This document shows positions 13,686-25,554 of a stretch of DNA of 64,000 nucleotides, piece after piece; position 1 is the first letter of the stretch; every line of letters starts with the position of its first letter. The notes under the pieces are model-generated. The model worked only from the letters and a program-made list of their open reading frames with translations, was not told the origin of the DNA and ran no database searches. A program made the translations under genes and the position numbers. This DNA comes from Chrysomallon squamiferum (lineage: Eukaryota; Animalia; Mollusca): contig CM022675.1 of assembly GCA_012295275.1 (NCBI GenBank), positions 14,880,001 through 14,944,000 on the forward strand, written 5' to 3'.

Positions 13686-15673
13686 ATATGATATTATTCG
13701 TCAGTTATGTAATTACATTACATTATAAGAAATAGTTTCTTTACAGATTTGCCAGTTACATTATGTAATATTACCTGTATTTCAAGTAAACAAAGGCAAA
13801 TGTGATAAATCACTAATGTTTTTATTTTTCAGAAACTAATTTCCAGAGAAGAAATCCACACGTGGAAGAACATTGCTGTTATTTCTCTAAGAAAATAAAT
13901 AATAAGAACAACTCTGATGTTTTGGTTTGTCATTTTGTGAATTTTGTTTTTCTGTTTTCTTTCAAAATTAAAAGGTAGTTTATCTGTGTATGTCTCTCTT
14001 TTTCTGTCTCCATGTCTGACTCTATAAAAGAAGAAAATGTCCCCACCCCTCGAAAACCCAGAGTGGTATCTAACGGAAAACATTTATTTACAAACTCATT
14101 AATGGTTATGTTAATACATATTTATTTTTAATTAAGCCTTTCTAAGACCACGTTATATATTAATTCAGTTTAGAGTGAATGTAAGTATAAAGAATAATTA
14201 TAATTTGTCAATAATAAAACATAAAACACTGCTCACATCTTTACAAATCGTTACAAATCTTTACCATTTTGAAACATTCTACATTTGAATTAACGTTTTT
14301 AATCTCTTTTTATCGCTTAACATGTGTATACAAACACATACGTGCACGAACACACAAACACACATGCACACATAAATCCAGCCCACACAAATAGCAATTA
14401 TTTGGGTTAATTTAGATCCGAATTAACTGTGCGGATGCGTGTTCGCATATGTTGAAGAGCCCTGAAGAAATTTCTCAAAAAAAGAAAAGAAAAGGAAAAA
14501 GATTACCCCCCCGAAAAAAAAAGAAGCTAAACCCCCCCCAAAAACAAAACAACAACAACAACAACAACAAAAAAAAACACAAAAAAACCCCAACAATAAA
14601 AAACAAACAGACAAAAATTACTAATGCACACTCTCCAGAAAACCCCCACACATTCCAGTCCCAAAATAATATTTGTGTGGTGTAAGTTGTAAATGCTACA
14701 TTGACGTTTATTTTAAACTGTCTTAATGTTTTTGATAAATGCACGTGCACGTACTCTGCGTGAGGAATAAGTAATAGTAATGTATGTGTTCCTTTTCTTC
14801 TTTTCTTTTTGAGAGAGGAATGTCATTAAAAAATAATAACAACAAAAACAACATAACAACAAGAACAACAACAATAATGGATATACATTATTTGACTATA
14901 TCTGGTATAAATATACACAAACCTAAACACAAAACAACGACATAAAACCCCAAAATAAAACGAGAACTTACCACAAAAGTAACAATAACAGTAAAAGATC
15001 CACACAAAACAACAACAAACAAACAAAAATCAACAGAAAACAAAACAAAGAAACAACATAAAATATAAAACAAAAGTAAAGAAATCAATAAAATAGGAAA
15101 TTTCAAAGACAGAAAAAAAGAAACATTCATTCACTGATTCATTATTAAAATTCCATTCCTGATAAAACGACATAATTATGATTCTTGTCAATACATAGAG
15201 AACATTGATAGTGCTATAACTAGTTAGCTGAACTCCTTACATAAAACATACCTAATATGTTACAATATCTTACATATTTAATTAAAATTGATATGGCTTA
15301 TTTTTAATTCATTAACCCTAGAATATGTAATGTATAAAACAAGATTTTATAGTATGAATTCTGTAAATAAAAAAATTAATAATGTAAACATTACAGTCAG
15401 GCACATATAAAAACATGAAGAATTAAATATTCATATAATACACAATATGACACTAGAGATATAAAAGAAACCAAAACAGTTATTAAACAGTATTTCATTA
15501 AATTTAATACTTACAGCGATTGTCACATTTGTTTTAACACACAAAGTTTAATTAAATTCTCTGTTTACATTTTCAACAGATGTCACATTCAGGAATCCTT
15601 TTATCTCGACCCACTTCTTCCTTTTTTTCCACTCTTGTTTTAAAACAAGTAGACGAAATATTTTAAACAGGTC

Positions 15674-15785
15674 GAAATTAATAATTTCAGAACCATCTGC
15701 TACGCCTGAACGTGACTGTTTTCAAAACTTCAAACCTCAGCTTACTATAAATGGAGGAAGCAATTTAGTGCAGACATCACTGATC
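15674..15785 (+). promoter_or_regulatory. Core promoter of copy 3
   Basis: Palindrome GAAATTAATAATTTC at 15674-15688, TATAAA at 15746-15751, ATCACT Inr-like, ATG at 15803. Confidence 0.65.
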
Positions 15786-15802
15786 TGAGAAACTTTGTAA
15801 AA

Positions 15803-16893
15803 ATGACTTTGATTCAAGTTGTTGCCGTTTATTTGATGCTTCCAGTTTTCCAGTGTTTTCATACTGGTAAATATATTTAGTCCTATTCTTTCTTTTTTAA
15901 TTTTAATTTTTATATTGTATTGTATTGTATTGTACTGTACTGTACTGGATTGCATTGCATTGCTTTGTGTTGTGTTATGTTGCGTTGAATTTATTGTTGT
16001 GTTTGTGTTTGGATTTAATAGTAGTGCTTCTTTAATTTGTCTTGAAGATTGAAAATGATATATTTTAAAATTAAGTGTTAAGATTTTATTTCCTTTTTCT
16101 TCTTTCTTTAATAATGAAATAAAATTCGCAAAGGAAAGTTTATTTTAATTCCGATTAAAGCATCAGAAACAATAATAACAATAATAGCAATAATAACCAT
16201 CATAGTTATCACATACAAATGAAGGATCCCCTTAACTGAAATTCTGAAATCAGAAATTGTTTTCGGACTCATTCTATAAACAGAATTTATGTTATGCACA
16301 GAATTATATATATATATAAAACGAAATCCTTTTGATGAGAAAACCATTAGTATTTGAAGACTACTTTACATCATATATAGTGTCTGGTTCAGTATTAGAG
16401 ATCACGAAGGTACAATTGCTCTTTGGAGAGTTTAATTATTCACGGCAATATTGAGAGACTCCTAATTTTGTACTGAATCCTGCCCTGGAATCACTGGTAA
16501 CAATTAGTTTCACATTACGTGGAATCTGAACTGCTGCTCTTTGTAAAACCATGCCCACCACAGTTAGAGTCCAGGTGAACAGGCTTATACCAGTCAAACT
16601 ATTTCGATTACTAATCTCTTTCATACAATATTAATGAGGAGACCATCTCAAGATTTGTCATAATTAATCCTTACGTGTGTTTCAAGTAGAAGTTGAAGAC
16701 TCATTTTTAACAAATTGTTACTTTACTGCTCTTTGATTACTATTGGATTACTCTTAATAGCCCAAGAGAATGTTTTCAGAAAGTATGCATCATTTTCACC
16801 ATCAGATTTCAGAAGAATTACACATATTTCCTAAGTGAATAAGACATTACACAAATTTGCTGAAATGTTCAGAAATCGTACATATTTCTTGTA

Positions 16894-16978
<85 letters not shown>

Positions 16979-19900
16979 CCAACATCCAAAAGATTTCCGG
17001 AACCAAGCATTTCGGATGAGGGATTTTGAACATGTAATGAATATTTGTTAAAAATTTGTTAAAATACTTATGCTAATGTAATGACGACGACGATTATGAT
17101 ATAATAATAACTGCTAGTTCCTTTAAAGGACCTGTTTATTTTTCTAGATGGACTCAAGCAACGTGTAAGAAGACAAGTAAGATATATTTAAATTTCATCA
17201 AATGTTCTTATTTGTGTATATATGTATGTGTGTGTCTATGTGTGTATGTGTGTATGTATGTGTGTGTGTGGGTAACTGTTTGTACGTATGTACTGTCGAC
17301 TGGTATCTCTTAATATTTACATATGACCTGAATATAACAGAAGAGTCTGTATGTTTTAGATTGATCCGGTGTGTGTGTGTGTGTCTAAACTAAAAGAAAC
17401 ATAACAGACATGCAAACAACAGACACATTTACAGAATCGCTAAATCTTATATATTAAAGTGTTTTTGTTTTTGTTTTTTTTGTTGTTGTTTTTTTGTTTA
17501 TTTCTGTGATTTTCATGCTGATTTGCTTTACAAGATCTTTGAATTTCATTAAAATTGTTAACATATTTTGATTTATTTTATATTTTTATTTTCTTCTTTC
17601 TTGTTTTTCACAGGGGTGTGAATATGATTTTTTTATTTCATCACATTCGATGTGCAATATGGGTCAGGGAACCGCAGTTCCACTGTTATCAGCCGACATC
17701 ACTGCTGCCGTTGCAGAGCTCAACAACATCAGGAACACAGTAGACCCACCCGCAGACAACATGGAAAAAATGGTTAGAATATTATAACGCTTGTTTATTT
17801 TGTCATATTGTATAGAACGTTACCTCCTAAAGAGCTTAAATATTTTTCTTTTATTGCAGATATCTAAATTTTTAAAAATCGGTTTCCTGACCGCATTTCA
17901 TTCTCTCTCGACAAATCGATTATCTATCTTTCTGTGTATCAGAATATATCTGTAGCACTATCTATATTAAAATAACAAAAAAGGCAACAATAAAGTAAAC
18001 ATACGAGGAACAACAGATACAGGTAAATGATGAAATTATTTCAAAATATTATATCTAGATTGTTAACATTGCATAACCAGATTTGTCAAAAATCTAAATT
18101 TCACAGATATATGCGCGGCCACCGAGATAGATAATTATATAACTATATATTATAATGCAGATATGGGATGATGAACTGGCTAAAATAGCAGAAGCGAGTG
18201 CTTCAAAGTGTACACTGTGTCCCGATGGATATTCAGAGCGCCAAGCTTTTGGTAAATAAAGTATATAATTTTCTGAACAGCTAAGACATATATATATTTC
18301 TTGAAGAGTTAAAAATGATAATAATAATAATAATAATACATTAAATTAAACTATATCAAACGAATCACAGATTATATGTAACAAAATAATTTTCAGCTCT
18401 GCCTAACGTCTTGATTGGTCAGAACATTTTCCAGTCAATTAATGTCGAGACAAACATACTTACTGCAATAAGAAGTTGGGAGACAGACAAAAACAGTTTT
18501 GTTTATGGAGATGGGTTCAGTAATGGAGGAATTGCTGATCAATATGCCCAGGTATGTTTCTACTTTTATAACTTATGTTTAAGCGTCCTTTAAACAATCC
18601 ATTGATATGATCTTTAAAATACAATTTGATTAAAACTATTTTAAAACAATAAAGACTAATATTATAAAAAGGTTATTGATCCGTTTCACACAAAAAACAT
18701 ATAACCACACATATACAAAAAAAGAAAAGAAAAAGAAAAATAACAAAGAAAAGTGTTTGTTACTTGTATAACAAGCGACAAAATGAAATAAAGACTGTTA
18801 TCATATGTCAGAAATACTCATCTGTAACTCGTCAAGTCTTTCTTCACTGCTGATACGAACTCTATGTAAGTCGTGGAGGAAAAAGGAATAAGATAAGAAT
18901 GTGGTTAGAGGGTAGTCTAGAAAAAAAAAAAAATAATAAAACCCACAACAAACTAACAAAAAAATATCACCTTTTAAAATTACGCATTTCACAGAGAAAT
19001 TAATATTTTATTTTCATTTTCATCTGAGTCATAAGGGGTCGTTACAGATTTCACCTGTGACTAAGACGGATGCTGATGTGGAATGTTTCTTCCTGGAAAT
19101 TTGTGACAAATCTGTGTCTGGACAAGAACGACTGAATTTATTTCAAAGTGGAGTTAAAGCATTTTGGTCCGCCCCTGAACTCACAATTATTTATCTGCAT
19201 CCATTTTGGTGTCAGATGAATGCAACAGTATTCTATGACTCTTCTAAAAATCTATTTTTTGTTGTTGTAAAATTGCCATTTTATTCTGGACTATGCTATA
19301 GATGTCTATAACTCTTTCATTTTAAAACATATGACATTTTTCTCTACAGATGATATTTCATAGGTCTTCAAAGGTTGGATGTGGCGTTGCTGACTGCACG
19401 AACGCTGGAGGTGTTGATGGTAGTCCACTGTATAAAAGTGTAACTGTTTGTAACTACGCTCACAGGTAAGAAATAATATGTTTTTTATTTTCATTGTTTT
19501 TGGAATAAATAACAAAAACAGCATGAGTATAATCGTGAAAAAAGCATCTTTATTTCGTCAACAACAACAACTACAATAACAATAATAACGGTGATGAAGA
19601 CTTAAATAATTGTTGGAATAATGTTAAATATAATATTACCATTAAATATTATTATATTTTCGTTTTTCTTTTTAAACGTTTACATATTATATTTATAAGT
19701 AAACAGGATATAAATAAATTTTAATTTTCATAACTTGTAAACATATATGACTAATTCCTCCAGGACTATATCGCATATTCATTGAAATACTTAAAAGATA
19801 GCAATATTTAGAATAGTTATCATTAATATATAGAGTAGTTAAGTTCTAGAATAAGAAATATTGGAAGTATTAGTATATAACATATTAGTAACGTCAACAA

Positions 19901-20589
19901 ATACAAATTATCAGTATGAGACGGTAGAGTTGTTAATTACCGATGGTAACTTTAAGAAATGTATAATAGTTATTGTCAGTATAAGAATAACATATTTAAA
20001 TGTTGAAACAAGCATATTTTGTATAAATCTATGGCAATTTTAAACACTGAAATGATAGTAACCAGACAGTTATTAATTACACGTATTTTCCCCAGCCCTC
20101 TGACAGTAAATGAGTTAGCGCAACCTTACTGTGCAACTGGCCTTGGCTGTGATACATGCGCCACAAAAGACGCGAATTATACATCACTGTGTGGTGAGTG
20201 GATTTTTACACTCAAAAACTTGTATCGTGATTTTAATACTACTAATAATTTATACAACTATGTATCGTGATTTTAATACTACTAATAATTTATACAACTA
20301 TGTATCGTGATTTTAATACTACTACTAATTTATACAACTATGTATCGTGATTTTAATACTCGTAATAATTTATACAGCTAAGTATCGTGAGTTTAACATT
20401 GTGATGAAATGACGTAATTTTTGCCTAACTATTCAGATTACTACATTTTAACAACGTTGTCTTTCAGACTGTGGTGGAATGACGTGTTTCAACGGAGGAG
20501 ATCTCAGCGTAAAAACGTGCACTTGTAGCTGCAGCAAAACAAATTTTGGTTCACAGATTACTTCAGGCAGCAAATGCGAAACGTGTAAG

Positions 20590-20659
<70 letters not shown>

Positions 20660-23600
20660 AAATAAATATTGTCAGATATTAATTTATTACTATTATTTTC
20701 AATTTTTGTTTTTGGTTAATATTAAAAATGTTCTGCACTGATTTCGTTAAGTCGTCTGTCCTGCTAATCCTGTGAACCCTGCAGCCTGCAAGACGGAAAA
20801 CTGCTTTAATGGCTTCGAGTTTGCCTCCCAGTTCTGTCCTCAGACATGTGGTGTCTGTCCAGGTAAATGTCCGAATACCGACATACGTTCTTACGTGTGT
20901 TATAAGTAAATACGATTAGAAATAAGACCTGTATGAATGTTTAGAGACATTAGACTTTTACTAATTGTTGTGACATTAAACTTTTACCAGCTGTTGTCAT
21001 ATTAAACTTTTGCTAAGTGTTGTGATATCAAAACATGTATATTTTTGTTGTGATAATGAAAGTTAAGCAGTTTCTGATTTCATTTATTTTTTTATTTAAA
21101 ATTAATCTGGGCTTTATTTATTACTTCTTTTTAAAAATAAATTCAGACAATGTATAATATCTATATCAATGTAGGGAAGTGTTGTATATTTAAAGACATT
21201 ACATTTTTACTAACTGTTGTGATATTAAACTGTTACTGTTGTGATATTAAAAGTTTTATACTTGTTATGATATTAAGATTTTAATAATCGTTCTCATACT
21301 GAAAATGTAGCAATTCCTGATTTAATTTTTAATTTAAGATTAACCTGGGCTTTATTTATTACTTCTTTTTTGAAAATAAATTCAGACAATTGCACCCTAA
21401 CGTGTCAAAATGGCGGATATCTGGTTCATGTGACAGACACAAATGGAACCAGGTGTATGTGTTATTGTCCAGCACCGTTTAATGGAACTCAGTGTGGTAA
21501 GTAATATCAATCAGCTATAGACAGACAGATAGACAGATAGATAGATAAATACTGAGATGTAGACTGACAGATAGGTAGAAGGTATCAGAGACAGAGAGAG
21601 AAAGAGAGTTTAATTGTCATGCGACAACAATAAAGAATTACCTAAGAGGAAAATATTTATTCTGCAGCTTTTCATAGCTGTATATAAAAAAGATTATCTT
21701 AGTTAGTTTTGAATGTGCAAAGTATTAACTTGACAGTTTATTTTACAGTTCTAGCCATCTAGTTCACTGAATATTACATATAAGTACACCTGTACTTGCA
21801 AATATTTATGTAACTTTCTTTTCTTTCCAGAAAGTAAACCACCAGGTAATGTAAATTATTTTTATTTTGGAAGAATCGAATCTGTGCAATAAAATAAATT
21901 CTTGAGATTCAGTTGCACAATAGATTTCTCGTATAGTTCAAACACATAAACAAAAATTATATTGACTTATTATTTGGCTGTTTAAGATCACAAATAAAAT
22001 AAATGCCTTGCTTTTCAACATATTTAAATCTGCATGGTCCATGAACTCCTTTTTTTGTGAAATGGTAGTCAATAATGTATGAAATTAAAGCTTGTTATCT
22101 GAAAGGCTTGAAGCTGATAAACTGTATTGTTCTGTGAACTGTCCCGGGTGATTAGGGTGTAATTGCAGCGCTAGAATACAAAATATCAGCATTTTCTTCA
22201 GAACTGGCTAATTTTAGAAAACAGGTCAATTTGAGATTTTATTGTATTATTTACTTTAATACATGCATTCATTTTAAACGTTTGATATGTCTAAGATATA
22301 ATGTCAGTATTTCCTAGTAGTAAGCACATATATTATCGATATATTAATTTCAGTTTTCTTGTCAAGCTACAATTTTACTTTAAAATATCTAACAGTTTTG
22401 TATTAATTACAGGATGTTCTCTGGTTTGTCAGAATAATGGAGTTTTGGATGCCACCTGTTCAAATTGTACATGTGTTAACAACTGGACCGGTCCTACATG
22501 TGGTTTGTTGATTTCTACTTCTTTCTTTCTTTTCTACATTTCTTCCCTTTTTCATTTCATTTGTTATTTCTTGACTTTCTCAGAACAATAATACATGTTT
22601 TTCCAAAGAAAAATAAATATTATTTGTGTGTTGGTAAATGTTTTCTATATTTCTCCCTTAGTTGTTGCAGTATGTGTTATAGTTGTACTAATGTTGGTAC
22701 CATTTTTGTTCAGCTAATTGCAGTTTGAACTGTCAAAACGGTGGTACAGCAGACGCCAACTGTACGTCATGTACTTGTATTGCTCCATGGACCGGAACTA
22801 CATGTAGTATGTTTATTTATTTATTAATTAAAATTATTAAAATAATAATAATAATAAAAATAAAGGTATGAATGAATGATAGAGATAATTACTTACAATA
22901 TAAAAGCAATAACAGTAACAATAACAAAATAATAAAAACAATATGACATAAAATATATTAAAATCTTTTCTATTCTCCAACATTTTCATACTCGTGTGTA
23001 GTTTAATAATACATTTAATGTGTCACGAAAGAAAACATTTATGTTATTACTCTTGAAGATTTATAAAAAGGAACAAAAGTGATGAGTACAGAGATATTTA
23101 TTTGAGTGTGATTTATACTTTAAGGCCAATGTGGAATCACTTCGTGCCAAAATGGAGGAACTTTGGACTCAGTAACGTGCAAGTGTCAATGTACAGACCA
23201 GTACTTTGGGCCAATGTGTGAAAAGAGTAAGTTTTTTTTTAAAATATTGTTTAATTAAAATGGTTCTGTCTTTATTCTAATCACTGTTTGTTCTACACAC
23301 TTATTTCTCAGTAAATCAATATATTTATATTTTTTAATTCTTAATTAAAACGGTTCTGTCTTTATTCTAAACACTGTCTGTTTTACACATTTACTTCTCA
23401 GTAAAACAATATTTGTTGTTTTTGCAAAATGTCTAATTACTTTAGTATATATTAAGTTCTCCGCCGATTTTTTTCTGACGTGAGATGTGTCACAGTGTGT
23501 AAACTCGTCGGTGATCTCAATGTGCAAAAAAATGTATGTAGACGTATTGTTGAACTTTCATTTCTCTCTCCAAATAAAAACAGCAGAAGCTACAACAAGG

Positions 23601-24048
23601 TTTACAGCAAATAACAGTTTACTGTAGAATGTAATAACATGTCATTAAATGTGTTTGTTTTATTTGTTTCTTCGTCAGCCTGTAGCAGTGGTGCTGCGGA
23701 TGCTGCCAGCGCTGCCTTTCAGCAAACATGTTTGTTGTCAGTTACTCGCTCCAACTGTGCAAAGTCATGTGGACTTTGTATAAGTAAGTTTACTGCAGGC
23801 AGAGTTCTGTAGCTTAATACGTTTACATTGCACATACAGTCTATTTAGAATAGTAACTAAACTATGAAAAATGATGGTCATAGTAAGACCAAAGACAAGC
23901 ACGACAAGAAAAATAACTAAAACAACAACAACAACAGCACGTTATTTATATTGTTCTTGTTTACAATGATGACATTTTGACAATAAGACATCGTGAACGA
24001 CACCATGGAAATAAATAAATAAATAAAATTAGTGATTATACAACAACA

Positions 24049-24085
<37 letters not shown>

Positions 24086-25554
24086 AATAATAATGATAAT
24101 ATGTGGTTACTAACAATGTTTACATACATTTATTTACAGCATGTAGGGATAGAAGTACTTATTTCTGTAGAATACTGACCCAGAGGAGTCAAGTGTCAGG
24201 AAAAGCTAAGTTTTGCGCTTCAGTAAAGGCAGGAGAGTGCAAATCAGCCTGTCCATGTAATAAGTCTTCTTTTTTCTCCTTTCTCTCTTTTTTTTATCGT
24301 TCTATTCCTCTATTTATTTACTCAATTACTGCTCAAATTACATTAATATAATATGAGTTAATAAATTAATTATAATTCAGATTATGTCAGTATAATAAGA
24401 CATTATAAATTAGTGAATTATAGTTCAGAATACGTCAGTATAATAAGACATTATAAATTAGTGAATTATAGTTCAGATTACGTCAGTATAATAAGACACT
24501 ATAAATTAGTTAATTATAGTTCAGATTACGTCAGTATAATAAGACATTATAAATTAGTTAATTATAGTTCAGTTTACGTCAGTATAATAAGACATTATAA
24601 ATTAGTTAATTATAGTTCAGTTTACGTCAGTATAATAAGACATTATAAATTAGTTAATTATAGTTCAGATTACGTCAGTGTAATATGACAGTATTCGTCA
24701 GTTAATGAATTACATTATATGAAATACAATGGTACCTTGACTTACGAGTGCACCAACTTACGAGTTTTCCGAGTTACCAGCTAGTTGGCGCAATGAACAA
24801 CTCAACATACGCCCCCCATTCCGCATCTCATATATTTGCTTCACGTGGTTATCTCGCCACGAAAGCATCTCTTTTGTGAGGTGCACGCGATTTTGTGCAA
24901 CTTTTTTGCCAAATTTCTAAGATCTATGATAATGGATCCTAAGAAAATTAGTGCAAAGGACAGTGATGAGAAGAAGAAACGGATGATGTTCATTGAATTA
25001 AAGCATGAAATCATAGAAGAACGTGTGAGGTGTGCATGTAGTCGACTTGGCTAGTACGAGCATAGTACTTCTGCAATATGTATCACACTGAAGCAGAAAG
25101 AATCGATAAAGGCTATAACTCCAATGAAAGGTGATACAATTATTTCTAAGTCGCTGGCCTCTGTCCATGAAAAGATGCGGAAACCCTAACCCTGTACACT
25201 TTACAAAACCACTTTATATCTTTACATTCTCTTTTAATTTCTATTTATACAATATTTGTTTTTTTTTATATATATATATATATTTATTATTTAAAAACAC
25301 GTTATAAAAAACCTGGTGTGTTTTTTGGGGTCTGGAACGGATTAATGGTATTTCAATTACTTTCAGTTGGGAAAATTGATTTGATATACGAACAAATTGA
25401 GTTTTGAGCTCGAATAAGGAACGAATTAAACTCGTAACTCAAGGTACCACTGTAGTTTCAATATTTATTTCCCAGTTACATTATGTAATATTACCTGTAT
25501 TTCAAAGAAACAAAGACAAGTGTGATAAACCAGTAATGTTTTTATTTTTCAGAA
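15803..25554 (+). CDS. CAP-EGF-ShKT family copy 3, intact secreted prepro-protein, ~524 aa (CAP, hinge, 5 EGF, 3 ShKT-type modules)
   Basis: Exons 15803-15866 (signal MTLIQVVAVYLMLPVFQCFHT), 17148-17176 (DGLKQRVRRQ), 17614-17772 (HSMC...LNNIRNTVDPPADNMEKM), 18161-18251 (IWDDELAKIAE), 18397-18551 (IGQNIF...W...YAQ), 19350-19465 (MIFHRSSKVGCG...VCNY), 20096-20193, 20468-20584, 20752-20862, 21386-21496, 21831-21845, 22413-22502, 22714-22806, 23125-23226, 23679-23783, 24140-24256, 25553-25554. Sum 1575 nt, open frame. CAP motifs (N..R..V.P.A.NM..M.WD.ELA; VGCG; VCNY) are recognisable. The final junction is ambiguous (see findings). Confidence 0.88.
16216..17034. mobile_element. Degenerate Tigger4/Zombi-like element in intron 1 of copy 3
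   Basis: Ends caaatgaaggatccccttaactgaaattctgaaatc and ccaagcatttcggatgagggattttgaacatg|TA; homologous to 6424-6961, so inserted before the copy 2/3 duplication. Confidence 0.5.
20222..20395. repeat. 40-bp minisatellite in intron 7 of copy 3 (~4 units)
   Basis: Same unit as 9408-9585. Confidence 0.85.
24365..24685. repeat. 48-bp minisatellite in last intron of copy 3 (7 cores)
   Basis: Same unit as 3735-3860; explains the repetitive ORF 24413-24688. Confidence 0.9.
24727..25452 (+). mobile_element. Internally deleted Tigger/pogo DNA transposon with TIRs and TA target-site duplication
   Basis: TIRs CAATGGTACCTTGACTTACGAG and CTCGTAACTCAAGGTACCACTG; TA on both sides; empty site gaaaTAgtttc in copies 1 and 2; remnant N-terminal DNA-binding region MDPKKISAKDSDEKKKRMMFIELKHEIIE. 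Confidence 0.92.

Larger units (their letters stand above)
5996..13834 (+). pseudogene. CAP-EGF-ShKT family copy 2, disabled in exons 1-5, 3' exons intact
   Basis: Exons 5996-6058, 7058-7086, 7164-7323, 7712-7802, 7944-8099, 8438-8550, 9283-9380, 9789-9902, 10291-10401, 10705-10815, 11152-11166, 11730-11819, 12031-12123, 12447-12548, 12826-12930, 13241-13357, 13833-. Lesions versus copy 3: 1-bp deletion in exon 1 (63 vs 64 nt) giving TAA at 7076-7078; exon 3 acceptor AG>AT (7162-7163); +1 T and in-frame TAA (7192-7194) in exon 3; +1 T in the HYTQ codons of exon 5 (156 vs 155 nt). Confidence 0.85.

Noticed and set aside
1-15400. Near-identical ~9.7-kb-period duplication as a pure assembly artefact
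   Set aside because: The units differ in VNTR counts, (CT)n length, SNPs and a replaced intron segment (~3410-3490 vs ~13165-13220), and the following 5' gene halves are clearly distinct. Haplotype mis-joining cannot be fully excluded without read depth.
24413-24688. Repetitive 91-aa ORF (NYSSDYVSIIRHYKLV)n, or a CRISPR-like array
   Set aside because: It is a head-to-tail 48-bp intronic minisatellite with no spacers; the open frame follows from the unit length being a multiple of 3.
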